Part shown: one piece after another, positions 34,766 to 36,071 of the stretch
How the letters are laid out: every line of letters starts with the position of its first letter
Numbering within the stretch: position 1 is the first letter of the stretch
NCBI GenBank assembly: GCA_040754875.1
Contig: JBFMBT010000017.1
Coordinates: 1-36,071, forward strand
Length of the DNA stretch: 36,071 nucleotides
From: Verrucomicrobiota bacterium
GTDB lineage: Bacteria; Verrucomicrobiota; Verrucomicrobiia; Limisphaerales; JBFMBT01
Reading direction: 5' to 3'
Program-made: the position numbers and the translations under genes
The notes under the pieces: model-generated
What the model saw: only the letters and a program-made list of their open reading frames with translations
What the model was told of the DNA's origin: nothing
Databases searched by the model: none

Positions 34766-36071
34766 TTATTGAGGATTTTGCGTTGTTTCGGCGGATGCCG
34801 TGGTGGCGCTGAGCCGCTTGAAGTCCTCGCGCAACTGGTCCAGCAGGCTCAATTGTTGCAGCGTATCGCGCACGATGGAGCGCGCGCTGACCGATACGCC
34901 CTTGCCGCCGCCGAGCTTCTCGCGGCGATGCAGATACAATTCGAGCGCGACCCGGTAATCCTGGATCAAATTCAACAACTCCGGTGTGACGTTTCCCTGG
35001 AGCGCTTCCAACTGGCGAAGTATCGTGCGCAACGCGGCTTTCTGCAAATCGAAGTCCACCCGTTCCAGCATGGTCGCGAGGGTCATCTCCGCGCGCTGGG
35101 GCAGCGCGTTGGTGCCGGTGGCGACCTCGACCGACGGCAGAAGAATCGCGGCCAGCGATTTCAGGCCGGAGTCGATGGGCAATCTGCGCTGCTCATCGCG
35201 CGCGGCGAAGTTGATGACGGTGACGGACCACCATTTTTCAATGTCGAGCGCGCTGCCGAAGCGCGATTGGAAGCCGTTGAGCAACGCGAATTGCGAGTTG
35301 TAGTAATGCGGCAACTGGCGGACCGTCGCCTGCAAGGCCCGCGGCCCGCCGGGCAATCGCAGCAGTTCGTGCAGGAACAGGTGCGCGCTGTAACGGTATG
35401 TTTCCCACATGCCGCCGCGCAAATGGTCTTCCAGCGGCGCGTTCAAATGCGAGAAAGTGAACGGCTGATGCTCGTGCAGCCACGCGCGCGCCCTGGCGAG
35501 CGTGTCGGCGCGCACCTGCTCGCGCACGAGCGCCTCGACCTTCCAGAGATTGGCCGCGACTTCGCTTTTGAAGGGCGTCGATTCCAGGATCAACGTTTCG
35601 CGCTGTTGGTTGGCCAGCAGCAGTTCGGTGAAGCCTTCGCGCAACCAGATCGGAATTTCCGCGCAGCGCCCGCGCGATTCGCGGTTCGCCATCTCGAGCA
35701 ACAACACCTGCACCAATCCGCGCACCAGCTTCACCGATTCCACCACATCGGGCACGGACATGCGGTAATGCCAGCCATCCTGGTAAAGCGTGGAGGCATA
35801 GACGATGTCGTTGTTGCCGGCTTCGAACGGACGGATGGACACATACACGCGGCCGCGCCATTGATCGGTGGCGTCGAGTTCGCGGAGCAGCGCGTTCTTG
35901 ATGCGCTCGCAGGTGATGGCGAGTTCGGGCGCGTTGAGCGCGACGGTTTGGGGTTCGTTGGAGTTGTTCTGCGCGGCGGGCAGCAGGCGGCGGGTCTGCG
36001 GGCCGGTGACGCGGAATTGTTTGGATTTGCTCCAGAAGGCCTGGTCGAAGGGCAGGGACGGCGCGGCCTGG
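34766..36071 (-). CDS. hypothetical protein, 5' end beyond the window (ORF open to the window edge)
   Basis: The reading frame stays open upstream of the GTG at 35848 through 36071. The sequence is helical and Leu/Arg-rich with no recognised domain. It lies upstream of kamA on the same strand. Confidence 0.55.
   Translation of the reverse strand, partial: QAAPSLPFDQAFWSKSKQFRVTGPQTRRLLPAAQNNSNEPQTVALNAPELAITCERIKNALLRELDATDQWRGRVYVSIRPFEAGNNDIVYASTLYQDGWHYRMSVPDVVESVKLVRGLVQVLLLEMANRESRGRCAEIPIWLREGFTELLLANQQRETLILESTPFKSEVAANLWKVEALVREQVRADTLARARAWLHEHQPFTFSHLNAPLEDHLRGGMWETYRYSAHLFLHELLRLPGGPRALQATVRQLPHYYNSQFALLNGFQSRFGSALDIEKWWSVTVINFAARDEQRRLPIDSGLKSLAAILLPSVEVATGTNALPQRAEMTLATMLERVDFDLQKAALRTILRQLEALQGNVTPELLNLIQDYRVALELYLHRREKLGGGKGVSVSARSIVRDTLQQLSLLDQLREDFKRLSATTASAETTQNPQ

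Noticed and set aside
35238-35861. 207-aa Arg-rich minus-strand ORF
   Set aside because: It lies out of frame inside the longer, better-composed hypothetical gene 34766..36071. Its composition is shadow-like.

Overview
This is a GC-rich (visually over 60 % G+C) chromosomal window with dense gene packing and about 32 protein-coding genes. I found no rRNA, no convincing tRNA and no CRISPR array. Several protein families point to a PVC-superphylum bacterium (Verrucomicrobia- or Planctomycetes-like): a C-terminal 'Pirellula/Verrucomicrobium-type' CxxCH heme-binding domain with HEAT repeats, a multiheme c-type cytochrome, a sulfatase, a BNR-4 protein and an FG-GAP/ASPIC-UnbV-like protein. Recognisable housekeeping genes are ispF, deoC, nth, a KamA-type lysine 2,3-aminomutase, a lipoate-protein ligase family gene, a PuuD-type amidotransferase, a sigma-54 (NtrC-type) response regulator and a CBS-pair protein. 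The most interesting part is a roughly 12 kb minus-strand cluster at 19388..31319. It encodes a classic-clade AAA ATPase with an uncharacterised N-domain and a HEAT-repeat membrane protein, then a promoter-like AT island, then a YqiJ/NfeD-like membrane protein with a His/Asp-rich (HADGD)x3 loop, an unusually long flotillin (YqiK/FloT-type SPFH protein), a 1784-aa giant protein carrying one AAA_5/MoxR-like ATPase module plus coiled coils and C-terminal tandem repeats, and a lipase-like alpha/beta hydrolase. I read this as a candidate, apparently undescribed, flotillin-centred membrane-microdomain/AAA+ system, by analogy with the HflK/C-FtsH and prohibitin-m-AAA partnerships. Other noteworthy items are a 29-bp near-perfect inverted-repeat pair that is internally palindromic (6578..6740), a 33-bp direct repeat inside a stop/start-coupled small ORF (1326..1463), a sulfatase with a CxTxR instead of CxPxR motif, an orphan ABC-2 permease pair, an ispF-small ORF-puuD-ntrC arrangement with ATGA overlaps, and an 18-bp perfect palindrome after ntrC. 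Many long antisense 'shadow' ORFs typical of high-GC DNA were rejected.
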